Shown here: in pieces, positions 19,169 to 27,255 of the stretch
How the letters are laid out: the number at the start of each line of letters is the position of its first letter
How positions within the stretch are numbered: position 1 is the stretch's first letter
Program-made: the position numbers and the translations under genes
The notes under the pieces: model-generated
Databases searched by the model: none
What the model was told of the DNA's origin: nothing
What the model saw: the letters and a program-made list of their open reading frames with translations, nothing else
Assembly (NCBI RefSeq): GCF_000012905.2
Contig: NC_007488.2
Coordinates: forward strand, 30,001 to 62,000
Direction of reading: 5' to 3'
DNA length: 32,000 bases
From: Cereibacter sphaeroides 2.4.1
GTDB lineage: Bacteria; Pseudomonadota; Alphaproteobacteria; Rhodobacterales; Rhodobacteraceae

Positions 19169-20109
19169 TGGCCGAGGAGCGCACCTTCAGCCTGCTCGAT
19201 CCGTTCCGCAGCATCGATCTCGACATCGACGGGCGCACCGACGGCATCAAGCAATGGGCCATCGCCAACCGCACGGCGCTGCAGCCGATCAAGTCCTTCT
19301 TCGACGGGCTGATCGGCTGGATCGAGAACCTGATGCAGTCGATCCCGCCCACCGTCATGCTGCTGCTGATCGTGCTGGTGGCCTGGCAGGCGGCGGGGGG
19401 ACGGGTGGCCCTCGTCGTGGCCGCGGCGCTGGTGGCGCTGGGGCTTCTGTCGCCCGACGCCTGGTCGCTCGCCATGACCACGCTCGCCATCGTCAATGCG
19501 GCCGTGGCGCTCTGCGTCATCATCGGCCTGCCGCTCGGCGTGCTCGCGGGCAAGAGCGACCGGTTCGAGGCGGCGGTCCGGCCGTTCCTCGACACGATGC
19601 AGACCATCCCGGCCTTCGTCTATCTGGTGCCCGTGGTGATGCTGCTCGGGATCGGCAATGTCTCGGGCGTGATCGTCACCATCATCTTCGCGCTGCCGCC
19701 CTTGGTGCGCCTCACCTCGCTCGGCATCCGCAGCGTGAATCCCGGCGTCGTCGAGGCCGCGCGCGCCTTCGGCGCCACGCCGCGCCAGATCCTGTTCAAG
19801 GTCGAGCTGCCGCTCGCCACGCCCACGATCCTCGCGGGGCTGAACCAGACGATCATGCTGTCGCTGTCCATGGTGGTGATCGCCTCGATGATCTCGGTCA
19901 AGGGCCTCGGAAACGAGGTGCTGCGCGCCATGGGCCGGCTCGATGCGGGCAAGGCCATCGTGGGCGGTCTCGGCATCGTCATCCTCGCCATCGTTCTCGA
20001 CCGCGTGACGCAGGGTCTCGGCCGCTCGGGCCGCGCCCGCAACCACCGCCACTGGTGGCAGGAGGGGCCGGTGGGCCTCGTCATGCGCCTGTTTCACAAG
20101 AGCGTCTGA
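19168..20109 (+). CDS. proW: Glycine betaine/proline betaine-type ABC transporter permease (ProW-like)
   Basis: ATG 19168 overlaps the proV stop (TGATG), with GGAGG at 19156-19160. The product is 313 aa and polytopic. Confidence 0.88.
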   Translation: MAEERTFSLLDPFRSIDLDIDGRTDGIKQWAIANRTALQPIKSFFDGLIGWIENLMQSIPPTVMLLLIVLVAWQAAGGRVALVVAAALVALGLLSPDAWSLAMTTLAIVNAAVALCVIIGLPLGVLAGKSDRFEAAVRPFLDTMQTIPAFVYLVPVVMLLGIGNVSGVIVTIIFALPPLVRLTSLGIRSVNPGVVEAARAFGATPRQILFKVELPLATPTILAGLNQTIMLSLSMVVIASMISVKGLGNEVLRAMGRLDAGKAIVGGLGIVILAIVLDRVTQGLGRSGRARNHRHWWQEGPVGLVMRLFHKSV

Positions 20110-20144
20110 AGGCGCCGTTCCAGCCAGCCCAACAAGGAGACACC

Positions 20145-21131
20145 ATGAAACCGTTCAAGATTGCCCTGTCCCTGATGCTGTCGGTCGCGGCCACCCCGCT
20201 TCTGGCGAACGACACCCCGGGCGAGGGCGTGACCGTCCGCCCGATCATGGCCACGCAGATCGAGGAGTTCTTCCAGCACCGCATCCTGTTCCGGGCGCTG
20301 GAGGATCTGGGCTATTCCATCGCCGAGCCGCAGGAGGTGGAATATCAGACCCTGCACATGGCGCTCGGCGCGGGCGACGGCGACTTCAGTGCCGTGAACT
20401 GGCGCTCGCTGCACGAGACCTTCTATCAGGAGGCTGGCGGCGACGAGGTGCTGGCCAAGGTGGGCACCCTGATCGAGGGCGCGCTGCAGGGCTATCTCGT
20501 CGACAAGAAGACCTACGACGCGGGCATCACCGACATCGGCCAGCTGAAGGACGCCGAGGTGGCGAAGAAGTTCGACGCCGACGGCGACGGCAAGGCCGAC
20601 CTCGCCGGCTGCGTCCCCGGCTGGGGCTGCGAGCGGGTGATCGAGCATCAGCTCGACGAATACGGTCTGCGCGACACCGTCACCCACAATCAGGGCGCCT
20701 ATCAGGCGATGATCGCCGATGTGATGGCGCGCTACCAGAACGGCGAGTCGGTGCTCTACTACACCTGGACGCCCTACTGGGTGTCGGGGGCGCTGGTGCC
20801 CGGCACGGATGTCGAATGGCTGAGCGTGCCCCACACCTCGCTGCCGGACGGGGCGACCGGCGAAACCACCTTTAACGGCAAGAACCTCGGCTTTGCGGTG
20901 GATTCGATCGGCGTCGTGGCGCGGAAGGACTTCCTTCAGGCCAATCCCGCCGCGGAAAAGCTCTTCGAGGTCGCCAAGATCGACATCAAGGACATCTCGA
21001 CCGAGAACAAGCAGATCACCGACGGCGAGGCCAATTCGTCGGACATCGACCGGCATGTCGATGCCTGGATCGCCGCGCATCGGGACGAGTACGACGGCTG
21101 GCTGGCCGAGGCGCGCAAGGCGGCCGAGTGA
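20145..21131 (+). CDS. proX: Glycine betaine/proline betaine-type periplasmic substrate-binding protein (ProX/OpuAC-like)
   Basis: Real part of track ORF 19071..21131. AAGGAGA lies upstream of ATG 20145. The signal peptide is MKPFKIALSLMLSVAATPLLA and the product is 328 aa. Confidence 0.88.
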   Translation: MKPFKIALSLMLSVAATPLLANDTPGEGVTVRPIMATQIEEFFQHRILFRALEDLGYSIAEPQEVEYQTLHMALGAGDGDFSAVNWRSLHETFYQEAGGDEVLAKVGTLIEGALQGYLVDKKTYDAGITDIGQLKDAEVAKKFDADGDGKADLAGCVPGWGCERVIEHQLDEYGLRDTVTHNQGAYQAMIADVMARYQNGESVLYYTWTPYWVSGALVPGTDVEWLSVPHTSLPDGATGETTFNGKNLGFAVDSIGVVARKDFLQANPAAEKLFEVAKIDIKDISTENKQITDGEANSSDIDRHVDAWIAAHRDEYDGWLAEARKAAE

Positions 21132-21137
21132 TCCTTC

Positions 21138-21161
21138 CGGGTGCCCGCTTCCGGGCACCCG
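21138..21161 (+). terminator. Perfect 10-bp GC hairpin after the proX stop (CGGGTGCCCG-CTTC-CGGGCACCCG), no U-tract
   Basis: Read directly from the sequence. It lies 20 nt before the start of the next gene. Confidence 0.4.
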
Positions 21162-21180
21162 TCCTCGCCGGTGAACCGCC

Positions 21181-22131
21181 ATGTCCGGGACCTCCCCTTT
21201 CGTCTTCCTTCTCGTCGAGAACTTTTCCCATATCGCCTTCTCCTGCGCGCTCGAGCCCCTGCGCATCGCCAACCTGCTGGCGGGGCGCGAGCTCTACCGC
21301 TGGTCTCTGGCCAGCGAGGACGGCGCCACCGCCACCTGCTCGAACCGCTGCGTGACGCTCGTCCACCGCGGGCTCGAGCCGCTCGCGCGCGGCGACCGGC
21401 TGTTCCTGATCTCGGGCCTCCGCGTCCAGCATCACACGACGCCGGCCGTGCTCTCCTTCCTGCGGCGCGAGCGGGCAGCGGGCACGCCCATCGGCGCTAT
21501 CTGTTCGGGCGCCTATGTGCTCGCGCGGGCCGGGTTCCTCACCGGGGTGCGGACCGCGGTCCACTGGGAGTTTCACGATCTCTTCGCCGAGGACTTCCCC
21601 GAGGTGGCCCTCGTGCGCAACGTCTTCGTGCCCGACGAGCGGTTCGTGACCGCCTCGGGGGGGACGGCCGCGGCCGATCTCATGCTGCATCTGATCGCGC
21701 GCGAGCACGGTCGGGATCTGTCCACGGCGGTGGCCGACCAGATGGTCTACACGGCGGTGCGCGAGGGCACGGCCGCGCAGCGGGTGTCGCTCCAGTCGCG
21801 CCACGGGATGCGGAACGCGCATCTTTCGCGGGCCATCGCGCTGATGGAAGCCCATGTCGAGGAGCCGCTCAGCCCCTTCGCCCTCGCCGACCGCCTCGGC
21901 ATCTCGACCCGCCAGCTCGAGCGGCTGTTCGGCAGGTTCCTCAACACATCGCCCAAGCGCTACATGATGGAGGTGCGGCTGACGCGGGCGCGCCACCTGA
22001 TCGTGCAGACCGAGCAGTCGATCTCCGAGATCGCGATGGCCTGCGGCTTCACCTCCACCTCGCATTTCTCGAAGGTGTTTCGCAGCCGCTACGGGGTCGC
22101 GCCGGTCGCGCACCGCACGACCCTTGGCTAG
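21181..22131 (+). CDS. GlxA-family AraC-type regulator (N-terminal DJ-1/PfpI-like domain plus C-terminal AraC HTH), same class as the GbdR/CdhR betaine and carnitine regulators
   Basis: 316 aa. The N-terminal half is GATase1-like (ICSGAYVLARAGFL). The C-terminal HTH is SISEIAMACGFTSTSHFSKVFRSRYGVAP. Confidence 0.88.
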   Translation: MSGTSPFVFLLVENFSHIAFSCALEPLRIANLLAGRELYRWSLASEDGATATCSNRCVTLVHRGLEPLARGDRLFLISGLRVQHHTTPAVLSFLRRERAAGTPIGAICSGAYVLARAGFLTGVRTAVHWEFHDLFAEDFPEVALVRNVFVPDERFVTASGGTAAADLMLHLIAREHGRDLSTAVADQMVYTAVREGTAAQRVSLQSRHGMRNAHLSRAIALMEAHVEEPLSPFALADRLGISTRQLERLFGRFLNTSPKRYMMEVRLTRARHLIVQTEQSISEIAMACGFTSTSHFSKVFRSRYGVAPVAHRTTLG

Positions 22132-22323
22132 GCGGGCGCCCTTCCTCTGCATGACAGGCCTTGACCCGCCTGCGGGCGCGCAAGGCCCGATCCTTTCCTC
22201 AAGCCCGTGTGACCAGATCACCGTTCCGCCGGGCCCGTCGCGCTATGGCGGGGCGGGGGCCTCGCCCCGTCCCCACCCGCAGCGCGCCCGAGGCACCGGC
22301 GGCTGCCAGAGACGGAGGATGCG

Positions 22324-22887
22324 ATGGATGCGATGAGAAGGGCCCTTGCCGGCTGCGTGCTGGCCCTGTGCCTCGGGACGACCGGCGCCGAGGCCGCCGA
22401 TCCCGCCGCCCTGGCCGAGGCGCGCGGGGCGACCCTGCGCCTGCAGCAGGAGCTTCAGGGCGCGCTCAAGGCTGCCATGGCGGAGGGCGGCCCCGCCGGT
22501 GCCGTCGAGGCCTGCCATCTTCAGGCGCTGCCACTGACCGAGAGCCTGTCCGAGGAGCTGGGCGCCGAGATCGGACGCACCGCGCTCCGGCTGCGCAATC
22601 CCGCCAATGCGCCGGACGCGTGGGAGGCGGCACAATTGCACCGGTTCGAGGAACGGCTCGCGGCGGGAGAGCCCGCGGCGGATCTCGAGGCGATGGCGGA
22701 GGGTCCGGGCGGGCTGCGCTACATGAAGGCCATCCCGATGCAGGAGGCCTGCGCCGCCTGTCACGGCCCCGACGTGGCGCCGGGGCTCCGCGCGAAGATC
22801 GAGGCGCTCTACCCGCAGGACCGCGCCACGGGCTTTTCTCCCGGCACCCTGCGCGGCGCCTTCACCCTCACGCTCCACCGGCCCTGA
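22324..22887 (+). CDS. Secreted DUF3365 (Tll0287-like) domain protein with one c-type heme-binding motif
   Basis: 187 aa with signal peptide MDAMRRALAGCVLALCLGTTGAEA. CAACH (CxxCH) is encoded at 22750-22764. GGAGG lies at 22315-22319. ATG 22333 is an alternative start. Confidence 0.75.
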   Translation: MDAMRRALAGCVLALCLGTTGAEAADPAALAEARGATLRLQQELQGALKAAMAEGGPAGAVEACHLQALPLTESLSEELGAEIGRTALRLRNPANAPDAWEAAQLHRFEERLAAGEPAADLEAMAEGPGGLRYMKAIPMQEACAACHGPDVAPGLRAKIEALYPQDRATGFSPGTLRGAFTLTLHRP

Positions 22888-22989
22888 GGAGCTCCGGACG
22901 AAGGCGAACGGGCCCGCGAAACTCCCCGCGACCCTGCCTCCGGGCCCGCGCAAAAGCCTCTTTCACTCTGCGCAAATATCCTCGGGGGT

Positions 22990-23010
22990 GCGGGGGCAGA
23001 CAGCCCCCGC
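22990..23010. terminator. Perfect 8-bp GC hairpin (GCGGGGGC-AGACA-GCCCCCGC) between convergent genes
   Basis: Read directly from the sequence. It sits between the DUF3365 gene (+) and the small secreted-protein gene (-), so it could terminate in both directions. Confidence 0.45.
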
Positions 23011-23077
23011 CGACGCCGGCCCCTGCGCGGCGGAGCGGGGCTCGCGCCGGGCCAGCTCCCCGGGACCCTGCACCCGC

Positions 23078-23413
23078 TCAGTAGAGCGCGGTATAGAGCG
23101 TGATGCGGAGCGGCGTGCCGGGCTCCAGCCGGGCGCTGCCGCGGGCGAGGAGCCAGCCGTCGGCCCGCAGCAGGCGGGCCTCGACCTCGGTGCCTGCGGC
23201 GGCCTCGGGGAGGGCGAAGGCCATGGTCCGGGCCGACCCGTCGCTCTCGAGGCGCAGGGGGTCGGCCCCGCCCGCGGAAATCTCGATCACGCCCTTCGGC
23301 AGCGCCGTCCCGCCCTCATGGTCGAGCGTGCCGGAGAGGCCGCCCGCCTGGGCGGTGCCCGCGGCGAAGGCGGCGGCGAGAAGAAGGCTGCGGGGCTTGC
23401 CCGGAAGGGTCAT
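23078..23413 (-). CDS. Small secreted protein of unknown function (111 aa); weak resemblance to the YbaY/YscW-like beta-sandwich pattern
   Basis: Signal peptide MTLPGKPRSLLLAAAFAAGTAQA. Third-position GC is high throughout the frame. The pattern LSGTL..ALPKGV.I.I ... ARLLRADGWLLARGS is reminiscent of YbaY-like proteins (from memory, not searched). The gene lies 87 nt downstream of the RTX protease gene. Confidence 0.65.
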   Translation of the reverse strand: MTLPGKPRSLLLAAAFAAGTAQAGGLSGTLDHEGGTALPKGVIEISAGGADPLRLESDGSARTMAFALPEAAAGTEVEARLLRADGWLLARGSARLEPGTPLRITLYTALY

Positions 23414-23462
23414 GCGAAGGTCCTGAGCCGGAGGGGGGCCGCGGCGCCGGCCGGGGGAGGCA

Positions 23463-23494
23463 GGCCGGGGCGCGATGGGACGCGCGCCCCGGCC
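23463..23494 (-). terminator. 12-bp perfect GC hairpin immediately after the RTX protease stop
   Basis: GGCCGGGGCGCG (23463-23474) pairs with CGCGCCCCGGCC (23483-23494) around an 8-nt loop. There is no U-tract on the minus strand. Confidence 0.45.
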
Positions 23495-23500
23495 CCCGTC

Positions 23501-26500
23501 TTACACGAGGTAGAAGTCGTCCGCCGTGAGCGAGAGCCCCGCGCTCACCTGCGCAAAGCGCACCGCGGCCGTCTCGCCCGATCCGTCGGCGTCGTAGGAC
23601 AGGAAGCCGCTGTCGGTGTCGTAGAGGATCCGGTCGGACGCATCCTGCGCGGCGCCCGAGGGGCTGCGGTGGAAGGCGCCGAACGAGAGGGTGCCCGCGC
23701 CGCCCGCTTCGGCGAAGATCGCGCGGTCGAGCAGGATGAGATCCTCGCCCACCTCGAAATCGAGGATCCGGTCGACATTGCCCGCGCCGAGCGCGGTCGA
23801 GAAGCGGAAGCTGTCCTCGCCCGCGCCGCCGAGAAGCACATCGGCCGCGAGCCCGCCGTCGAGCAGGTCGCCGCCCGCGCCGCCGACCAGCCGGTCGCGC
23901 CCCGCCTCGCCGGGCCGGACCGGCTCGGGCGGGAATTCCACCGACACGTTCAGCTTGTAGTCGGACCCTTCCGGAACCGCGTCGCTCCAGCCGTCGCCGG
24001 GCGCATCCTCGGACCAGCTGCCTTCCACGATATAGTAGGTGCCGGTTTCCTCGACGGTGAAGACGGTGCTGGAATCGCGGCTGCTGGTCGAGCCCGGATC
24101 CCCGCCGCCGTCGTCGTTCTCGGCCACGATGCGGCCCTCGCTGTCGAGCACGCGCACCCAGCTGTCATGGACATTGGGATCGGCGATCCCGTCGATATCC
24201 ACCGTCACCACCGTGCCCGCGGCGAGATCGAGGCTGTAATAGCCCCCCTGGCCGTTGCCGGTCGCCGTGACCGTCGTGTGCAGCACGCTGGTCGAGTCGA
24301 AGATGTCGGGATCCTCGGTCAGCGAGAAGTTCTCCGACAGGTCGAAGGCCGTCTCGATCGAGTTGTTGGCGGCCTCCGGCCCGAGGGTGGCATAGCCCGT
24401 GCCCAGCCCCGGCCGCGGCACCGGCGTGCCCTCGGGGGCGAAATCGCCGAGCAGGACGTCGTCGCCGCCCCGCCCGAAGAGCGTGTCGTTGCCGCCCTGA
24501 CCGGTCAGCACGTTGGCCGCCGTGTCGCCGATCATCACGTCGGCGTGGCCCGAGCCCGCGAGATTCTCGATCGAGCGGTAGCTGTCGCCGTCCGACGAGC
24601 CCAGCGTCAGCGACAGGGCCACGCCGCGCGCCGCGGTGCTGTAGTCGGCCGTGTCGCGGCCTGCGCCGCCGTTCAGCCGGTCGGCGCCGCCGCCGCCGGT
24701 CAGGATGTCGTCGCCCCGTCCGCCGGAGAGGACGTTCGACTTCCCGTCGCCGATCAGCCGGTCGTCGTGGAACGAGCCCACCACATTCTCGAACCCTGCG
24801 AGAATGTCGTGGCGGATCACCGAGCCGCGGCCCACGATCTGCACCGGCCCGTCGGCGTCGCCGCCGCGTGCGGTGCCCTGCGACAGATCGACCGTCACCG
24901 CGGCCGAGCTTCCGGCATAGACCACCGTGTCGATGCCCGCGCCGCCGTTCATGTAATCCTGACCCGCGCCGCCGATGATCGTGTCGTTGCCGCCCTCGCC
25001 ATAGAGGATGTCGCCGTCCGCTCCGCCGTCGAGGATGTCGTCGCCGCCGCGGCCGTTGAAATAGTCGCCGCCGCCCCGGCCCCAGAAGTGGTTGGCGTCC
25101 GACGTGCCGATGAAGCGGTCGATCCGGTCGTCCGAGCCGATCAGATTCTCGATGCTGTAGAAGGTATCGCCCGAGGCGGTGCCGCCGCTCGCCACGTTGG
25201 TCTCGAGATTGACCAGAAGCTGGAACGGGCTTTCCATCCCGTAATCGACGGTGTCGATGCCCGCACCGCCGCGGAACACGTCGACGCCGTCCTGACCGCG
25301 CAAGAGGTCGTTGCCCGCGCCGCCGTCGAGCGTGTCGTCGCCCGCACCGCCCATGATCGTGTCGTTGCCGGCCCCGCCATAGAGCGCGTCGTTGCCGTCG
25401 TCGCTTTCGGTCTGGTCCTCGAGGTCCGCGATGGCGATCGTGTTGTTGATGTCGCGGCTGGCGAGGCTGTCGCGCCCGCCGATCAGCAGGTCGTCGCCGG
25501 CGAGGCCGAAGATCGTGTTGCCGCCCGCGCCGCCGTTCAGCGTGTCCGTGCCCTCGGTGCCCATGAGGATGCTGCCGAGCGTGCCGCCCGCGCCCGCGAC
25601 CGGGGCTGGCGTCCCCTCGTCGGGAGCGGGGGCCGAGCCGCCGGCGTAGATGATCGTCTCGACATTGGCGACCTCGCCCAGATCGAGCCCCTCGGTCAGC
25701 ACGATGATCGTGTCGTTCCCGCCGTCGGCGAATTCGCGCACGATATCGTCGGCGGAATCGACGAAATAGGTGTCGTCGCCGCCGAAGCCCGCCATCCGGT
25801 CGCCGCCGCCGCGCCCGTCGAGCACGTTGTCGCCGTCATTGCCGATGAGCGTATCGGCGAAGCGGCTGCCGATGCCCGCCTCGATGTAATAGTCGCTGGC
25901 GTCCTCGTTGTGGCCCGCGAAGATCGAGACGTTGTTGCTGTGGCCGTTCACGCTCGAGAACCGGCCTGCGCGCAGATCGAGGATCGTGCCCGCCGTCGAG
26001 CCCGAGAAGTCGATCGTGTCCATGCCGCCGGTGTCGTGGATCACGAAGCCGATGTCGTGCTGCAGCCCCTCGGACATCAGCTCGTAGCCGAAGACGCTGC
26101 TGTTGAAGCCGTAGATGTCGTCGCCCGTGTTGAGGTCGATGGTCTGGTAGGTCCGCACCCCGTCCTCGTCCACCGTCGAGAAGAAGCGGCGGATCACGGC
26201 CTCGATATCGGCCATGAGCGGCGTGGTGGCGGACCAGCGGCTCGTCTCGCCCACGTCGATGCCGTCGAAATAGGACATGACGCTGTATTGCTGCCGGTCG
26301 TAGGTCCAGGTCGCGTTGTTCAGATAGTTGATCTGCACGCCGCCGGGACCGCTGTAATTGTAGAGGCCGGGGTGGTTCAGGCCGAATTCATGGCCGAATT
26401 CATGGACGAACGAGTCGAACACATAGCCGCCGAGAGCGGTCTTGTCGGGCTCGGTGTCGTGAAAGCGCTGGCCGATGCTGACATAGCGGTTGCTCGAGAA

Positions 26501-26839
26501 GGCGCTGCCGTCGCTCGGTTCGCCGATCTCGGGGCTCACCACCTCCATCCAGTCCGTCGCGCGGTCGAAGGGCGCGTCGTCCACGATCTCGAACTGGAGC
26601 GGCGTGACCGTGGCCCAGGTCTGCAGCGCGCCGATGGCGGCCGCCTTGTAATCCGGGTGGTCGTTCAGGCCGGTCACGTTGATCCGGAGCGGCTCGGCCG
26701 CGATGGCCGGGGTGAGGCTGCGGTTCAGCGCCCCCAGATAATCGAGGAAGGCATCGTAGTCCTCGCTCTTGCCATAAGGATTATCGGGCGTCTGATCGTT
26801 CACCCACCATGTGTCCGCGACTTGTCTGGCAGACGGCAT
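23501..26839 (-). CDS. Large secreted serralysin-type (M10B metzincin) zinc metalloprotease fused to extended RTX calcium-binding repeats, a PPC (pre-peptidase C-terminal)-like domain and a C-terminal RTX / type I secretion signal region
   Basis: 1112 aa with no signal peptide. The zinc motif HEFGHEFGLNH (aa 146-156, nt 26372-26404) and the Met-turn SVMSY (aa 186-190) are present. Many GGxGxD nonapeptide repeats span aa ~331-800 and ~980-1010. A PPC-like segment spans aa ~815-968 (GGYYSLDLAAGTVVTVDIDG...ETGTYYIVEGSW...YKLNVSVE). The C-terminus ...LTADDFYLV resembles T1SS substrates. Confidence 0.9.
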   Translation of the reverse strand: MPSARQVADTWWVNDQTPDNPYGKSEDYDAFLDYLGALNRSLTPAIAAEPLRINVTGLNDHPDYKAAAIGALQTWATVTPLQFEIVDDAPFDRATDWMEVVSPEIGEPSDGSAFSSNRYVSIGQRFHDTEPDKTALGGYVFDSFVHEFGHEFGLNHPGLYNYSGPGGVQINYLNNATWTYDRQQYSVMSYFDGIDVGETSRWSATTPLMADIEAVIRRFFSTVDEDGVRTYQTIDLNTGDDIYGFNSSVFGYELMSEGLQHDIGFVIHDTGGMDTIDFSGSTAGTILDLRAGRFSSVNGHSNNVSIFAGHNEDASDYYIEAGIGSRFADTLIGNDGDNVLDGRGGGDRMAGFGGDDTYFVDSADDIVREFADGGNDTIIVLTEGLDLGEVANVETIIYAGGSAPAPDEGTPAPVAGAGGTLGSILMGTEGTDTLNGGAGGNTIFGLAGDDLLIGGRDSLASRDINNTIAIADLEDQTESDDGNDALYGGAGNDTIMGGAGDDTLDGGAGNDLLRGQDGVDVFRGGAGIDTVDYGMESPFQLLVNLETNVASGGTASGDTFYSIENLIGSDDRIDRFIGTSDANHFWGRGGGDYFNGRGGDDILDGGADGDILYGEGGNDTIIGGAGQDYMNGGAGIDTVVYAGSSAAVTVDLSQGTARGGDADGPVQIVGRGSVIRHDILAGFENVVGSFHDDRLIGDGKSNVLSGGRGDDILTGGGGADRLNGGAGRDTADYSTAARGVALSLTLGSSDGDSYRSIENLAGSGHADVMIGDTAANVLTGQGGNDTLFGRGGDDVLLGDFAPEGTPVPRPGLGTGYATLGPEAANNSIETAFDLSENFSLTEDPDIFDSTSVLHTTVTATGNGQGGYYSLDLAAGTVVTVDIDGIADPNVHDSWVRVLDSEGRIVAENDDGGGDPGSTSSRDSSTVFTVEETGTYYIVEGSWSEDAPGDGWSDAVPEGSDYKLNVSVEFPPEPVRPGEAGRDRLVGGAGGDLLDGGLAADVLLGGAGEDSFRFSTALGAGNVDRILDFEVGEDLILLDRAIFAEAGGAGTLSFGAFHRSPSGAAQDASDRILYDTDSGFLSYDADGSGETAAVRFAQVSAGLSLTADDFYLV

Positions 26840-26986
26840 CTTCGGCTCTCCCTGACTGAAGGCTGGCTAGGCCCATGCTTCGGTGCTGCCGAACAGCGTT
26901 GCCCCGTTCCTGTTCCCGTTCAAGGAAAGTCAAACCGGCGTGATCTTGCCTATGGGTTGAAAAACCGCCCCGTGACGTGCCCGGAA

Positions 26987-27003
26987 TTTCATGAAGAATG
27001 AAA
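26987..27003. promoter_or_regulatory. AT-rich palindrome TTTCAT-GAAGA-ATGAAA in the divergent RTX protease / DUF421 intergenic region
   Basis: A 6-5-6 dyad read directly from the sequence. It lies ~150 bp upstream of the protease start and ~250 bp upstream of the DUF421 start. It stands out against the GC-rich background. The binding factor is unknown. Confidence 0.3.
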
Positions 27004-27255
27004 GCTCAAGCCCTGAGTGCTTCCCCGCCGGCGAGCTTCATCAGCAGCAGGATGACGTTGCGTAGCCACGGTTTCCCGCTTTCGTCTCACGCTGGCGCGA
27101 CGGCGGGACGGCGGGTCTTCCGGCCGCGGACGCGCCGGTTCGGGCCGCCGACCAGACGGACCCTCCGCCGCTTCGACTGTATGGGCCGCAGCGTCGGAAC
27201 AGAGGCGGCGGGGCAGGGTTGCCCGGGCACGACGCCGCATTCGAAAGGAGGACCG

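Noticed and set aside
23078-26839. Adjacent type I secretion system for the RTX protease
   Set aside because: I looked for ABC, MFP and TolC-like genes on both sides. None is present in this window, so any T1SS must be encoded elsewhere.
26901-26922. Alphaproteobacterial LexA box (GTTC-N7-GTTC)
   Set aside because: The GTTC copies are spaced by 2 nt (8 nt between the first and third), not the required 7.
22988-27001. 1337-aa plus-strand ORF opposite the RTX protease
   Set aside because: It is antisense to a gene with unambiguous metzincin and RTX motifs. The translation is Ala/Arg/Gly/Val-rich with no motifs, so it is a shadow ORF.
26991-27065. 24-codon ORF (MKNESSSPECFPAGELHQQQDDVA) in the protease / DUF421 spacer
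   Set aside because: It has no ribosome-binding site, its codon usage is atypical, and nothing supports it beyond an open frame.
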